This document shows, in pieces, positions 9,787 to 19,156 of a DNA stretch of 64,000 bases (position 1 is its first letter; every line of letters begins with the position of its first letter). The position numbers and the translations under genes were made by a program. The notes under the pieces are model-generated. The model had not been told where the DNA came from, did no database searches, and saw only the letters and a program-made list of their open reading frames with translations. This DNA is from a bacterium (GTDB lineage: Bacteria; Krumholzibacteriota; Krumholzibacteriia; G020349025), in assembly GCA_031362565.1 (NCBI GenBank), contig JANLSU010000058.1, forward strand, positions 1 through 64,000, given 5' to 3'.

Positions 9787-12261
9787 GTGCGCCTCGTCGT
9801 TCGCGCCGCGCTGCTCGTTGGGTTGTCGTGCCGGGCAGCGCTCGCCGCCGATCCCGCCGCGCTGTGTGCCATCGCGTCGAGCAGCCCCTGGACGCTCCGC
9901 GAACTCGAGACCCAGCACGTTCCCATCGTCAGTTACGACCCGGACACCGGCACGGCGTACGTCGTCGCGACGCCGGGCGACCAGCGCCGGCTCGCGGCAG
10001 CCGGATTCGCGCTCGCGACCGTCGAACCGGACGTCGATGCCCGGCGCCAGCGCCTCGCTGCGGCGCGCGCCCTCGGTGCCTATCACACCTACGACGAAAC
10101 GGTCGCCGAGGTCGAATCCCTCGCGGCGCAGTATCCCGCCATCTGCCGGCTGGAGACCCTCGGGCAAAGTGTCGAGGGCCGGCCGCTGCTCGGGCTGAAG
10201 ATTTCCGACGAACCGGCGATCGACGACCCCACCGAACCCGATGTGCTGTTCGTCGGCTGTCATCATGCGCGCGAATTCATGAGCGTCGAAGTGCCGCTCG
10301 ATCTCGCGCACACCCTGCTCGAGGGCTATGGGGTTCGCCCGCAGATCACCGGGCTCGTGGACTCGCGGGAAGTGTGGATCGTGCCGCTTCTCAATCCCGA
10401 CGGGCATGTGTTTCAGGAGGAGTACGCGGCTTCACCTGCTTGGTCGCCGCCCGGCTGGCGCAAGAACCGCCGGCCGAATCCGGACGGCACCTTCGGCATC
10501 GATCCGAACCGCAATTACAGTTTTCAGTGGGCGTACGACGACGAGGGCAGTTCGGCGGAGGGCACCGACGAGACCTACCGGGGCCCGGCGCCATTCTCCG
10601 AACCCGAGACGCAGGCGATGCGGCGATTGGTGGAACGCCAGCGCTTCGTGGTCGCCGTCTCGTTTCACAGTTTCGGCGGGCTTTTGCTCTATCCGTGGGG
10701 CTATACGCGCGACACCCTCACCGACGATCAACCGGTGTTCGCCGTTCTCGCCGACAGCATGGTGGGCTCGAACGGCTACCGGCCGGGGAACGCGTACTTC
10801 GGCACCATTTACAAGACGAACGGCGAATTCTGCGACTACCTCTATGGTGAGCTGAGCCTGCAAAAGCCGCAGCAAACCTTCGCCTTCACTTTCGAACTGA
10901 ACACCGGCGGAGAAGGTGGGTTCTGGCCGGACGAAACGCGCATCGCACCGACGTGTGCGGCCCTGCGGCCGGCCCATTTGTTTGCGATCGCCGCCGCGGG
11001 CGGCGTGCGCGGGCCGTTGGCGCCGCCACAGCCGCTCCTTGTGGCGCAGCAGGATTCCCAGGACCGGCGCCGCATCCAGCTCGATTGGACGCAGCCGGTC
11101 GATGCGGAGAATCCCGTCGACCACTATGAAGTGTTCGAGATTCTGAGTGCGCCGGTTGGAACCGCGGCGCCGGTCATCTGCGCCGCCGGTGCACGCACGG
11201 TGCTTGGGAGCGGGATCCCGCGGCCCGGTTCGGGGCACGTCGTCCTGCACGTCGATGCTCAACTGGAACCGCTCTGGGACTACGCCTATGTCGAAGCCCG
11301 TGGCCGGGACGGCGCGTGGCACGCGCTCCGTGGCACTGCGACGACCAACGCCTCACCGACGGGGCGCAACAGCGGCAATGGCTGGACCGGCCACGTGATC
11401 GATCGGCGGCTGGGGTTCGACATCGACGCGATCCAAGGCGACCACTTCGATCTCGCGCTGCGTTTGGATGCGGCGCCGACGGCGCCGCGCCCGCCGTACG
11501 TCGAAGCCCGACTCGACCTCGCCGCCACATTCCTCGAGGAGCGCAACGTCATCGATCCGCACGTCACCGGTACGCACTACACCGTGGTCTCCAACCGCGG
11601 CGGTATTGTGGGATTCGGCGTCACGGCGGTCGACGTTCAAGGCCAACGAACCGACAGCGAGATACGGTTCTTCGCGCTGCCCGTGACCGCGGTGTCGCTG
11701 CAGGATGTCGAAGTGGTGGCAGAGGGTCAAACGATCGAAGCACGCTGGCACCCGGCCAGCGGCGAAGCCCAAATCGAAGCCTGGGTGCGGGCGGTGCGGG
11801 CCGGTGACGCGGTGGCAAGCGTTCCTGAAGCGCCGGTTGCTGATGGCTTTGCGCGTGCCGCCACCGTGGCCGGAACGGACGGCGCGCTGCGTTTCGAGGC
11901 CGCACCGGGACGCTGGCGCGTGTTGCTCTGCGGTGTCGATGCGGAGGGGTCGCGTTGGTTCGGCCCCTGGGACATCGACGTGCAGAGTGCGACCCGCTTC
12001 GTTGCGGTTGCGAATCCTTGGCAGGGCTCGGGCACCATTCGCTTCGCAGTCGCGAACGCCGGCCCGACGCGCGTCGAAATTTGCCGTGCCGATGGGCGCT
12101 TGGTGCGGGTGTTGTCGAGAGGCGAACAAACCGCCGGCACTCACGCCGTGGCATGGGACGCGACGGATGGACAGGGCCGGCGGGTCGCGCCCGGCGTGTA
12201 CTTTGTCCGCTTGATGCACGCCGGCCGGGTTACGGCGCGGCGTCTGGTCCTGCTGCGCTGA
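9787..12261 (+). CDS. Secreted M14 zinc carboxypeptidase (carboxypeptidase T-like) with C-terminal FlgD-Ig/T9SS-like domain
   Basis: GCHHARE, LLNPDG, WRKNRR, GIDPNRNY, YRGPAPFSEPE, SFHS, FTFEL; C-terminus GRLVRVL...WDATDGQGRRVAPGVYFVRL. Confidence 0.9.
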   Translation: MRLVVRAALLVGLSCRAALAADPAALCAIASSSPWTLRELETQHVPIVSYDPDTGTAYVVATPGDQRRLAAAGFALATVEPDVDARRQRLAAARALGAYHTYDETVAEVESLAAQYPAICRLETLGQSVEGRPLLGLKISDEPAIDDPTEPDVLFVGCHHAREFMSVEVPLDLAHTLLEGYGVRPQITGLVDSREVWIVPLLNPDGHVFQEEYAASPAWSPPGWRKNRRPNPDGTFGIDPNRNYSFQWAYDDEGSSAEGTDETYRGPAPFSEPETQAMRRLVERQRFVVAVSFHSFGGLLLYPWGYTRDTLTDDQPVFAVLADSMVGSNGYRPGNAYFGTIYKTNGEFCDYLYGELSLQKPQQTFAFTFELNTGGEGGFWPDETRIAPTCAALRPAHLFAIAAAGGVRGPLAPPQPLLVAQQDSQDRRRIQLDWTQPVDAENPVDHYEVFEILSAPVGTAAPVICAAGARTVLGSGIPRPGSGHVVLHVDAQLEPLWDYAYVEARGRDGAWHALRGTATTNASPTGRNSGNGWTGHVIDRRLGFDIDAIQGDHFDLALRLDAAPTAPRPPYVEARLDLAATFLEERNVIDPHVTGTHYTVVSNRGGIVGFGVTAVDVQGQRTDSEIRFFALPVTAVSLQDVEVVAEGQTIEARWHPASGEAQIEAWVRAVRAGDAVASVPEAPVADGFARAATVAGTDGALRFEAAPGRWRVLLCGVDAEGSRWFGPWDIDVQSATRFVAVANPWQGSGTIRFAVANAGPTRVEICRADGRLVRVLSRGEQTAGTHAVAWDATDGQGRRVAPGVYFVRLMHAGRVTARRLVLLR

Positions 12262-13483
12262 GGCGCGATTCGCGCCGCGCCACCGCGGCGCAGGTCAGCG
12301 CGAAGAGAAGAGCCAGGCCCGCCGTGCGTGGCGCCTCGAGCAGCAGTCCCCATCCCGACCGGAACGGCGTATCGGCATACGGCCACGCCGCGGCGCACAA
12401 CAACCACGCCAACGCAATTCCCACCACATCGCGCCGGGAGGCCTTGCCGGCCGCGAACCGTCCGGCCCACGCGAAGAAGAGCGGCAATGCGAGCACCGCG
12501 AGATATTCCCACGCCACCCGCGCCACGAGTGGTGCCGCAGCAAGTGCGGCACCCGAGGCGAGACTGTCCAGTGCGCCACCTGCCGGCGCCGCGCGGGTCC
12601 GGCGTGCCAACCAAAGGAGGGCGGCGACGATGGCGCCGCTCGTGAGGATCGTAGCGGCGCGCTGCACGCCCGGCGCCACGATCCATGGCGTCGTGTCCGG
12701 ATTCGGAACCAACAGGCGCCAAAAGAACGCATCGAGCGACTGATTCGTGAACCAGCTGAAGTTGGCGCGTTCGAGCACCGGCAGCACATCACGCGCGTAG
12801 GTCACATAGGACGCGATGCCGGTCCACGGCAACGCGATCACGACCAGGCCCGCGAGCGCTGCCAGGGTGGCGAGCACCAAACGTCGTTCGCCACGCACCA
12901 GCCAGTAGGCGACGAGCGCGAGCGGCGTCAACTTGAGGAGCACCGCGGCCGCCAATGGCAGCGCCGCGCGCCACATGTGATGTTTTGCACGCGCTTGCCA
13001 CGCGAGCGCGACGAGCAGGAGCAGAACACCGCTCACCGATCCCAAACGTAAATCGAGAAACACCGGCGCAAAGGGTAACGCCAGCGCCACGACGAGTGCC
13101 CGCCGTCCGGCCGGCAGATTGAGGCGCGCGAAGATCGCCGCCGCCGCCACGTACGCCGCGGCCTCCAACAAGACCCAGATTCGCCGGCTCCACGTGAACG
13201 GCAGTGCCGTCAAAGGCTGCATGGCAAGAGCCGCGAACGGCGGCGGGTAGAAATAGCGCCCCACCCAACCGTGCCATCCGGGTGGACTCGCGGCCCGCAG
13301 GACCTCGGGGTCGTACGCATTCTGATGCGCCGCGAAGCAACGGGCGGCGGCATCGAAGGTCACGAAGTCGGAGTAGGGGGAGGGACGCAGGAGGGGCCGC
13401 ACCACGCCGAGCGCTGCGAACTGCAGCACGAGGACCGCGACCGCGACGCGGCAGGGGCCTCCGAGGCGAGCGGCGCCGGTCAT
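12230..13483 (-). CDS. Glycosyltransferase family 87 (DUF2029) membrane protein
   Basis: SDF..F..AAR, YFYPPP, KLTP, NQSL and many TM helices; SD AAGGAGG before ATG 13483. Confidence 0.8.
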   Translation of the reverse strand: MTGAARLGGPCRVAVAVLVLQFAALGVVRPLLRPSPYSDFVTFDAAARCFAAHQNAYDPEVLRAASPPGWHGWVGRYFYPPPFAALAMQPLTALPFTWSRRIWVLLEAAAYVAAAAIFARLNLPAGRRALVVALALPFAPVFLDLRLGSVSGVLLLLVALAWQARAKHHMWRAALPLAAAVLLKLTPLALVAYWLVRGERRLVLATLAALAGLVVIALPWTGIASYVTYARDVLPVLERANFSWFTNQSLDAFFWRLLVPNPDTTPWIVAPGVQRAATILTSGAIVAALLWLARRTRAAPAGGALDSLASGAALAAAPLVARVAWEYLAVLALPLFFAWAGRFAAGKASRRDVVGIALAWLLCAAAWPYADTPFRSGWGLLLEAPRTAGLALLFALTCAAVARRESRLSAAGPDAAP

Positions 13484-13573
13484 CGAGCCTCCTTCTTGGG
13501 TGGCGGCATCCGTGGAGGCGCGATCCACCGGCTCCACGATGTATGATGCGTCCCGCGTGCACAACGGTGCAAC

Positions 13574-14197
13574 GTGGAGGCTTGCCTGGATCCAGACAGG
13601 GGACTCGAACGCGACCACGTCGAGGCGTTCATCCTCGCCGGCGGCGAGAGCCGGCGCATGGGAACGTCGAAGGCGCGGCTCGTGTGGAAAAACCGGCCGC
13701 TCGTGGCGTCGCTGGCGGCGACGATCGCACCCGCGGTCGCTGCCGTGCGCCTGGTGACCAAACCGGGTACGGGGCTCGAGGATCTGGGGCTGCCGGTGCT
13801 GTACGACCCGGTGGCGGAGCCGGCGCTCGTGCACGGGATCGCCGCCGCCCTCGCGGCTCCAGGACCCGAATGGCGCTGGCTCTTGGCCTGCGACATGCCC
13901 GGCGTCGACGCGACGGTGCTTGCGGCGCTCTGGCAAGTGGCCCAGGCGGCGCGGGCGCCTGGGAGCTACGTGCAACGGCCGGACTGTGCTGATCTCGAGC
14001 CGCTCCCGTCCCTGTGGCACCGCGATTTGGGGCAGCGCGTCAACGCGGGCTGGGGCCTCGCGGCGCGCGATTGGGTGCGGCACGCGGGACTCGTTCCGTG
14101 GCACGTTCCACGCATCGGCGTCGAACGCTTCGCGAACGTCAACACGCCGGCGGAGTGGGAGGAATGGCAGTGGCGAGCTCGACGCGCGGCCGAATGA
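13574..14197 (+). CDS. mobA: Molybdenum cofactor guanylyltransferase
   Basis: ILAGGESRRMG..KA, LACDMP, EPL, FANVNTP. Confidence 0.88.
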   Translation: MEACLDPDRGLERDHVEAFILAGGESRRMGTSKARLVWKNRPLVASLAATIAPAVAAVRLVTKPGTGLEDLGLPVLYDPVAEPALVHGIAAALAAPGPEWRWLLACDMPGVDATVLAALWQVAQAARAPGSYVQRPDCADLEPLPSLWHRDLGQRVNAGWGLAARDWVRHAGLVPWHVPRIGVERFANVNTPAEWEEWQWRARRAAE

Positions 14198-14694
14198 AAA
14201 CATCGGCGCCGCGCTTGACGCATGTCGACGCGCGTGGCCGGGCGCGGATGGTGGATGTCGGTGCCAAACCGCCGACGGCGCGGCGGGCGGTCGCGCAAGG
14301 CCGGGTTGTGATGTCACGCGACGCGATGCGCGCCGTGCGCTCGGGAGCCAATCCCAAGGGCGACGTGCTGGCGGTTGCACGTCTGGCCGGGATTCAGGCC
14401 GCGAAACAGACGGCCGCGCTCATCCCTTTGTGTCACGTGTTGCCGCTCGATCACGTCGACGTCGCCATCCGCACCAATGTTCGCGCGAGTACCGTCGAGA
14501 TCGAATCGACGGTCGTCTGCTGGGCGCGAACCGGCGTCGAAATGGAAGCGATCATGGCGGTTTGCGTCGCGGCCGCGACGGTCTACGACATGTGCAAGGC
14601 TGCGGATCGCGCTATGCGCATCGAAGGCATCGAACTCATCGCGAAGTCGGGCGGGCAAAGCGGTGAATACCGCAAGCGCGCCCCCCGCGGCTGA
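14194..14694 (+). CDS. moaC: Cyclic pyranopterin monophosphate synthase
   Basis: LTHVD..GRARMVDV, KGDVL, LIPLCH, TGVEMEA, YDMCKA, KSGG. Confidence 0.96.
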   Translation: MKTSAPRLTHVDARGRARMVDVGAKPPTARRAVAQGRVVMSRDAMRAVRSGANPKGDVLAVARLAGIQAAKQTAALIPLCHVLPLDHVDVAIRTNVRASTVEIESTVVCWARTGVEMEAIMAVCVAAATVYDMCKAADRAMRIEGIELIAKSGGQSGEYRKRAPRG

Positions 14695-14773
14695 TCCGGC
14701 GCCGGTGCCCCCCCGGGGCGGCACGCTGGACCCATGCGAGGACTCGACTCGGCACTCGAAGGAAGGAACGTGT

Positions 14774-14953
14774 ATGCCTTGCGGTCGAATCGGTTCAACG
14801 GAGCTCTTGCTCATCGTCCTGCTGATCGTCGTTCTGTTCGGGGCGGGACGCTTACCAGAACTCGGCAAAGGCTTGGGACTCGGGATTCGCGGTTTCAAGA
14901 AAGCGATCAAGGAAAGTGAAGAGAAGGACGATAAACCGGCGAAGCGTGAGTGA
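14774..14953 (+). CDS. tatA: Twin-arginine translocase TatA/E
   Basis: ELLLIVLLIVVLFGAGRLPELGKGLGLGIRGFKKA. Confidence 0.93.
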   Translation: MPCGRIGSTELLLIVLLIVVLFGAGRLPELGKGLGLGIRGFKKAIKESEEKDDKPAKRE

Positions 14954-14965
14954 GCGTGGTTGCAT

Positions 14966-15097
14966 GAGGCCAGGGTTCCTGCTGGAGGTGTCGGTTCATT
15001 CAGACTTGACTGAGACGTCGTTGGTGAGCGCGCAGTCGTGCACAGCATCCCAAGCAAGTAGTCAAGTTCCACCTCGTTAACACAGGACCCCGGCCTC
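14966..15097 (-). ncRNA. Putative unclassified structured ncRNA (~132 nt rod)
   Basis: Nested stems GAGGCC/GGCCTC, GGGTCCTG/CAGGAACCC, GAGGTG/CACCTC, ACTTGACT/AGTCAAGT, TTGG/CCAA; begins 7 nt after a sigma70 -10. Confidence 0.65.
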
Positions 15098-15104
15098 GGA
15101 ATTC

Positions 15105-15133
15105 AAACTACTCCCGGCCGCAACTCGTGTCAA
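15105..15133 (-). promoter_or_regulatory. Sigma70 promoter driving the putative ncRNA
   Basis: TTGACA(15133-15128)-N17-TAGTTT(15110-15105). Confidence 0.7.
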
Positions 15134-15416
15134 CGCCGGTGCGGCGCTGTAACTCCTGATGGCGTAGTGCTTTGCAAGTTGGTTGCTGCGCCGCGGTGCG
15201 GCGGCGTGGTAAGCACCGAAGTCGGGTCGGCGGGCGCTGTTGAGCCCAGGGTTCTCCAGACGTTGGCGGCCGGGCGGCACAGTGGTCCGGAAGGTGCTGT
15301 TCCGAAAGCGTCGGCACCCGGCGCGTCCGGATTCCAGAGCGCCAAGGTGCGGAGCGGGCGGACTTTGGCAGTGCGGGCGCAGGAATCTGCGCCGGTCAAC
15401 GACCTTCGAGGTGCGA

Positions 15417-17141
15417 GTGGCGCGATCCGCGTTGCAGGTGCATCGAACGGCTCGGCCGCCGGCGCTGCAGCGCGCCTTGTTGCGCTTGCAGCGCGGCGTA
15501 CAGCGGCGGTTGCAGGCCGAGCTGCGTGCCTACACGGGTGGGAACTCTCCCGCCCTCGAGCGCTACTACCGCGACTACCTGCGCGATTTTCGCCGCCAGC
15601 ACACGGTTTCCAATTATGGCGACCTCCACGTCGCCATGCTGGACGCCGACGTCATCCTGGTAGGCGACTACCACACTTTGCGGCAGTCCCAAGAGACCGC
15701 GCTGCGGCTGCTTGAACGCGCTATTGTCGATCCGCGTCCCGTCGCTCTCGCCCTCGAGATGGTGCACACCGAGAACCAAGCGGTTCTCGATCAGTTCATG
15801 AGCGGGGCGCTGGATGAGACGGAGTTCCTCGCCGCGATCGCCTACCGGGACACTTGGAACTTCGAGTGGGGCAACTACCGGCCGTTGTTCGAAGCGGCGC
15901 GCCAAGCGGGCGTGCGGGTGTTCGGTGTCAATGAACGCCAAACGACCGGCGGCCTTCGCGAACGCGATGCGCGCATCGCGGCGCGCCTCGTCGAAATTGG
16001 CACCGCGGCGCCGGACGCGCGTTTGATCGTCCTCATTGGCGACCTGCATTTGGCGTCCAACCATCTGCCGGCGGCGCTGGGGCGCGGGCTCGCGGCCGCC
16101 GGTCTCGAACGGCAGAGCTTGGTCGTGCATCAGAACAGTGATTCGCTGTACTGGAGCCTGGCCGAACGCGGCAACGAGGCGCGGACGCAGGTGGTTCGCT
16201 TGGGCGCGGATCGGTTCTGCGTCATGGAAGTGCCGCCGTACGTCAAGTTGCAGTCTTACTTGGGGTGGGAACGCCGCCAAGCCGAGGGGCGGCTCGGTGC
16301 GGGTGACGCCCCAGGCGACGAGGACGAGGACGAGTTTTGGGATGACGACCAGGCGGCAGCAGGTGCGGACAGCGTCGTGCAGCATCTGGCGGGGCGGCTG
16401 GCGGAGTTCCTCGGATTGCCGCCGGTCGTGGCCGCGTTCAGTGTCTATGCGAACGTCGATGCCGCCTTTTTCGAAGCGCTGGCCGGCGCTGGATTGTCCG
16501 CGGAGCGCGCCCGCGAGATTCAATTGCTGGCGGGGTCGAGCCGCGGCTGCTGGGTCCCCGAGTTGAATGCGGTCTACCTGCCGCACCTGTCGGTCAATCA
16601 CGCGGCCGAAGAGGCACTGCATGTGCTCCAGTGGCAGGCGAGTGGGTTCGACACCGGGCGCGACGATGCGTACGAGGACTTCTACGCGCGGGCACTGTTC
16701 GCGTGCCTCGGATATGCGGCGTCGAAAATCGTCAACCCGCGGCGGCGCACGACGACCGACGCGGAGCTGCGAGCGTTCCTCGGTGCTGCCAGCCGCCGCA
16801 TGCGCGTCCCCGATTTGGCGTTTCGCAAACGCGTCGCGCGCTTCGTGATTCAACATCGCGAGCATGAAGCGGCGCGCCGCGACGGCGGCCGCGGCCGCCT
16901 CAAACAAATCTACGGCCAGCGTCTCGAAGTCCGGCTCGAAGTGTGTTGGACGTTGGGATACATGCTCGGTGAAGTCCTTGCCGCCGCGGTCCTCGATGGA
17001 CGCGTCACGCCCCAGGAGCTACGCGACCTGGTGACGGCACCGCGCGGCCCGCATCCCTCGATCGCCTACTTCGCACTCGCCGATCGCCTGGCGCGAGTCG
17101 CCGCATTGCCGGCCGAAAGCGACGCGGGCCGTCGGGTGTAA
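15417..17141 (+). CDS. ChaN/EreA/TIKI-superfamily domain protein with long C-terminal extension
   Basis: VILVGDYH, ALALEMV, W.NYRPLFEAAR, RERD, LIGDLHL; start uncertain (open from 15240). Confidence 0.7.
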   Translation: MARSALQVHRTARPPALQRALLRLQRGVQRRLQAELRAYTGGNSPALERYYRDYLRDFRRQHTVSNYGDLHVAMLDADVILVGDYHTLRQSQETALRLLERAIVDPRPVALALEMVHTENQAVLDQFMSGALDETEFLAAIAYRDTWNFEWGNYRPLFEAARQAGVRVFGVNERQTTGGLRERDARIAARLVEIGTAAPDARLIVLIGDLHLASNHLPAALGRGLAAAGLERQSLVVHQNSDSLYWSLAERGNEARTQVVRLGADRFCVMEVPPYVKLQSYLGWERRQAEGRLGAGDAPGDEDEDEFWDDDQAAAGADSVVQHLAGRLAEFLGLPPVVAAFSVYANVDAAFFEALAGAGLSAERAREIQLLAGSSRGCWVPELNAVYLPHLSVNHAAEEALHVLQWQASGFDTGRDDAYEDFYARALFACLGYAASKIVNPRRRTTTDAELRAFLGAASRRMRVPDLAFRKRVARFVIQHREHEAARRDGGRGRLKQIYGQRLEVRLEVCWTLGYMLGEVLAAAVLDGRVTPQELRDLVTAPRGPHPSIAYFALADRLARVAALPAESDAGRRV

Positions 17142-17191
17142 CCCGCCGGCCCGGTCATGAGGTGGGACGAAGTCTTCTCGATCCGTACCGA

Positions 17192-17611
17192 TCAGTTGGC
17201 GCGACGGCGGCGGACGAAACGCGCGCCGGACGCGAGGGCGCCTCCCAAGAGCATCAAGGTGCCGGGCTCGGGATTCGGGGTCGGCTGGTTCGGCTGGGTA
17301 TCGCCGCCGCGCGGCGCACCGACGCCGTTCGCCACATGGGCGTGATGGTTCGGCTCGCGGAGTTCGAGAGCGTCGCCCGAGTACGGCGCGCCGCTGTCAC
17401 CAGGCCGGACGTTCAGACTTGGAGTCGTGAACGGCAGGCTCGTCACATGGAAGTTGTGATCCTTGGCCTTCGGGGCGGAAGTCGCATGGGCGACGGGCTG
17501 ATTCTTCATTGCAGACAAATCGTAGATGAGCTGGCTGGCATCATTCGCCTGGGCACTTGCTGCGGCGACGAGCCCCAACGCCATCGTCATGAGAGCGACG
17601 CGATGTCGCAT
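17192..17611 (-). CDS. Small PEP-CTERM sorting-domain protein
   Basis: Signal peptide (..AAASAQA) and C-terminal NPEPGTLMLLGGALASGARFVRRRRAN; SD GGGAGG. Confidence 0.88.
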   Translation of the reverse strand: MRHRVALMTMALGLVAAASAQANDASQLIYDLSAMKNQPVAHATSAPKAKDHNFHVTSLPFTTPSLNVRPGDSGAPYSGDALELREPNHHAHVANGVGAPRGGDTQPNQPTPNPEPGTLMLLGGALASGARFVRRRRAN

Positions 17612-17673
17612 GAGGGCCTCCCGTACGAGAGAGAGAGAACGCGGCAACACGCCGCGCAACTTGGATCTGCATG

Positions 17674-17688
17674 GCAACCGCGATGCCA
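17674..17688 (-). promoter_or_regulatory. Sigma54 (-24/-12) promoter of the PEP-CTERM gene
   Basis: TGGCATCGCGGTTGC = GG-N10-GC, ~60 nt before ATG. Confidence 0.7.
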
Positions 17689-18013
17689 CGCCCCGTCTGC
17701 GGGTCTAACTGACGCGAATACAACGAAATGGATTTGACAGCTCGGATGGTTCGCAAGCCCGCGGCGGGGATTGCCCCAGGCCTGAAGCGGGCCCGGGTCA
17801 ATTGGCGAGCCGAGACGGCGCGAGGCGCGTTCGACGCCTCGGTGATGGCACGCAAGTGCTTGCGGTTCCACCCCATCCCTTGACATTCCCCGGGCGCACC
17901 GTGATACGGTGCTCGGCTCGTGGGGCGTGCGCTTCGGGCCGCCCCGTTTTCTTGTGGTCGCGACCGATCGCGTCTCGGGCCGTGGGCCGGCATGACCGGG
18001 GCGGGGAGCCGTT

Positions 18014-19156
18014 ATGGACATTCACGAATACCAGGCGCGCGACCTCCTGCGTTCGTTTGGGCTGCCGGTGCCGGAACATGTCGTGGCGTCGACGCCCGAC
18101 GAGGCCGAGGCCGCAGCACGCCGGTTCGCGCGGCCCGTCGTCGTGAAAGCTCAAGTGCACGCCGGTGGGCGCGGCAAAGCCGGCGGCGTCAAACTGGCGA
18201 AGGATGCGGCGGCGGCGCGCCAGGTCGCAGCGACGATCCTCGATTTGCACATCAAGGGCCTGCCGGTGCGCAAGGTGCTCGTGGCGCCCGCCACCGACAT
18301 CCGCCAAGAGATCTATGTCGGCATCACGCTCGATCGCCGATCCGAGCGTGCGGTGCTCATGGTCTCGGCGGAAGGCGGCATCGACATCGAGGAAGTTGCG
18401 GCTCGCGCCCCCGAGAAGATCATCCGCGAACCGCTCGATCCGGTGCGCGGCTTGGCGCCTTACCAAGCGCGCCGTGTCGCCCTCGGTTTGTTCGGTGGCT
18501 CGCCGATCGGCTTGCGTGTCGCCAGTGTCTGCACCCAGCTCGCGACGGCGTTCACGCGTCTCGACGCGACGCTCGTCGAGATCAATCCCTTGGTCATCAC
18601 CCCGGACGACCAGGTCCTAGCACTCGACGCCAAGATCAATCTCGACGACAACGGACTCGACCGCCACGCCGACCTCGCGGCACTCCGCGACCTCGACGCC
18701 GAAGATCCGCGCGAGCGCCGGGCGCGCGAGAAATCACTGTCGTACATCCAGCTCGAAGGCGACGTGGCTTGTGTCGTGAACGGCGCCGGACTCGCCATGG
18801 CGACCATGGATCTCGTCCAGCACTACGGCGGGCGGCCGGCCAACTTCCTGGACATCGGCGGCAGTTCGAATCCGGACAAGGTGACGACGGCGCTCGACAT
18901 CATCCAGGCCGATCCGAACGTGCGCTCGATCCTGTTCAACATCTTCGGTGGTATCACGCGCTGCGACGACGTGGCGCGCGGTATTCTGACCGCCATCGAA
19001 AAGAGCCCGCCGCGGTTGCCCATCGTCGTGCGCCTGGTCGGCACCAACGACGTCGAAGCGCGGCGCATGCTGGAGGGCACACCGCTCGCCACCGCCGTCG
19101 GCATGGACGAAGTGGTGCAAAAGGCCATCGCGGCCGCCCGCGGAGGCGCGGCATGA
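18014..19156 (+). CDS. sucC: Succinyl-CoA ligase beta subunit
   Basis: [44 protein letters not shown]. Confidence 0.97.
   Translation: MDIHEYQARDLLRSFGLPVPEHVVASTPDEAEAAARRFARPVVVKAQVHAGGRGKAGGVKLAKDAAAARQVAATILDLHIKGLPVRKVLVAPATDIRQEIYVGITLDRRSERAVLMVSAEGGIDIEEVAARAPEKIIREPLDPVRGLAPYQARRVALGLFGGSPIGLRVASVCTQLATAFTRLDATLVEINPLVITPDDQVLALDAKINLDDNGLDRHADLAALRDLDAEDPRERRAREKSLSYIQLEGDVACVVNGAGLAMATMDLVQHYGGRPANFLDIGGSSNPDKVTTALDIIQADPNVRSILFNIFGGITRCDDVARGILTAIEKSPPRLPIVVRLVGTNDVEARRMLEGTPLATAVGMDEVVQKAIAAARGGAA

Noticed and set aside
14314..15072. Minus-strand ORF starting inside the putative ncRNA
   Set aside because: Antisense to tatA and moaC, no properly spaced SD, start buried in a stem, no recognisable protein
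15285..15294. GTCCGGAAGG resembling the SRP RNA tetraloop
   Set aside because: The flanking CAGG/AGCAG symmetric loop and long SRP stem are absent
17880..17910. TTGACA promoter for sucCD (and a similar one at 4879-4909 for tolQ)
   Set aside because: Spacer is 19 nt; plausible through an extended -10 but too weak to list as a feature
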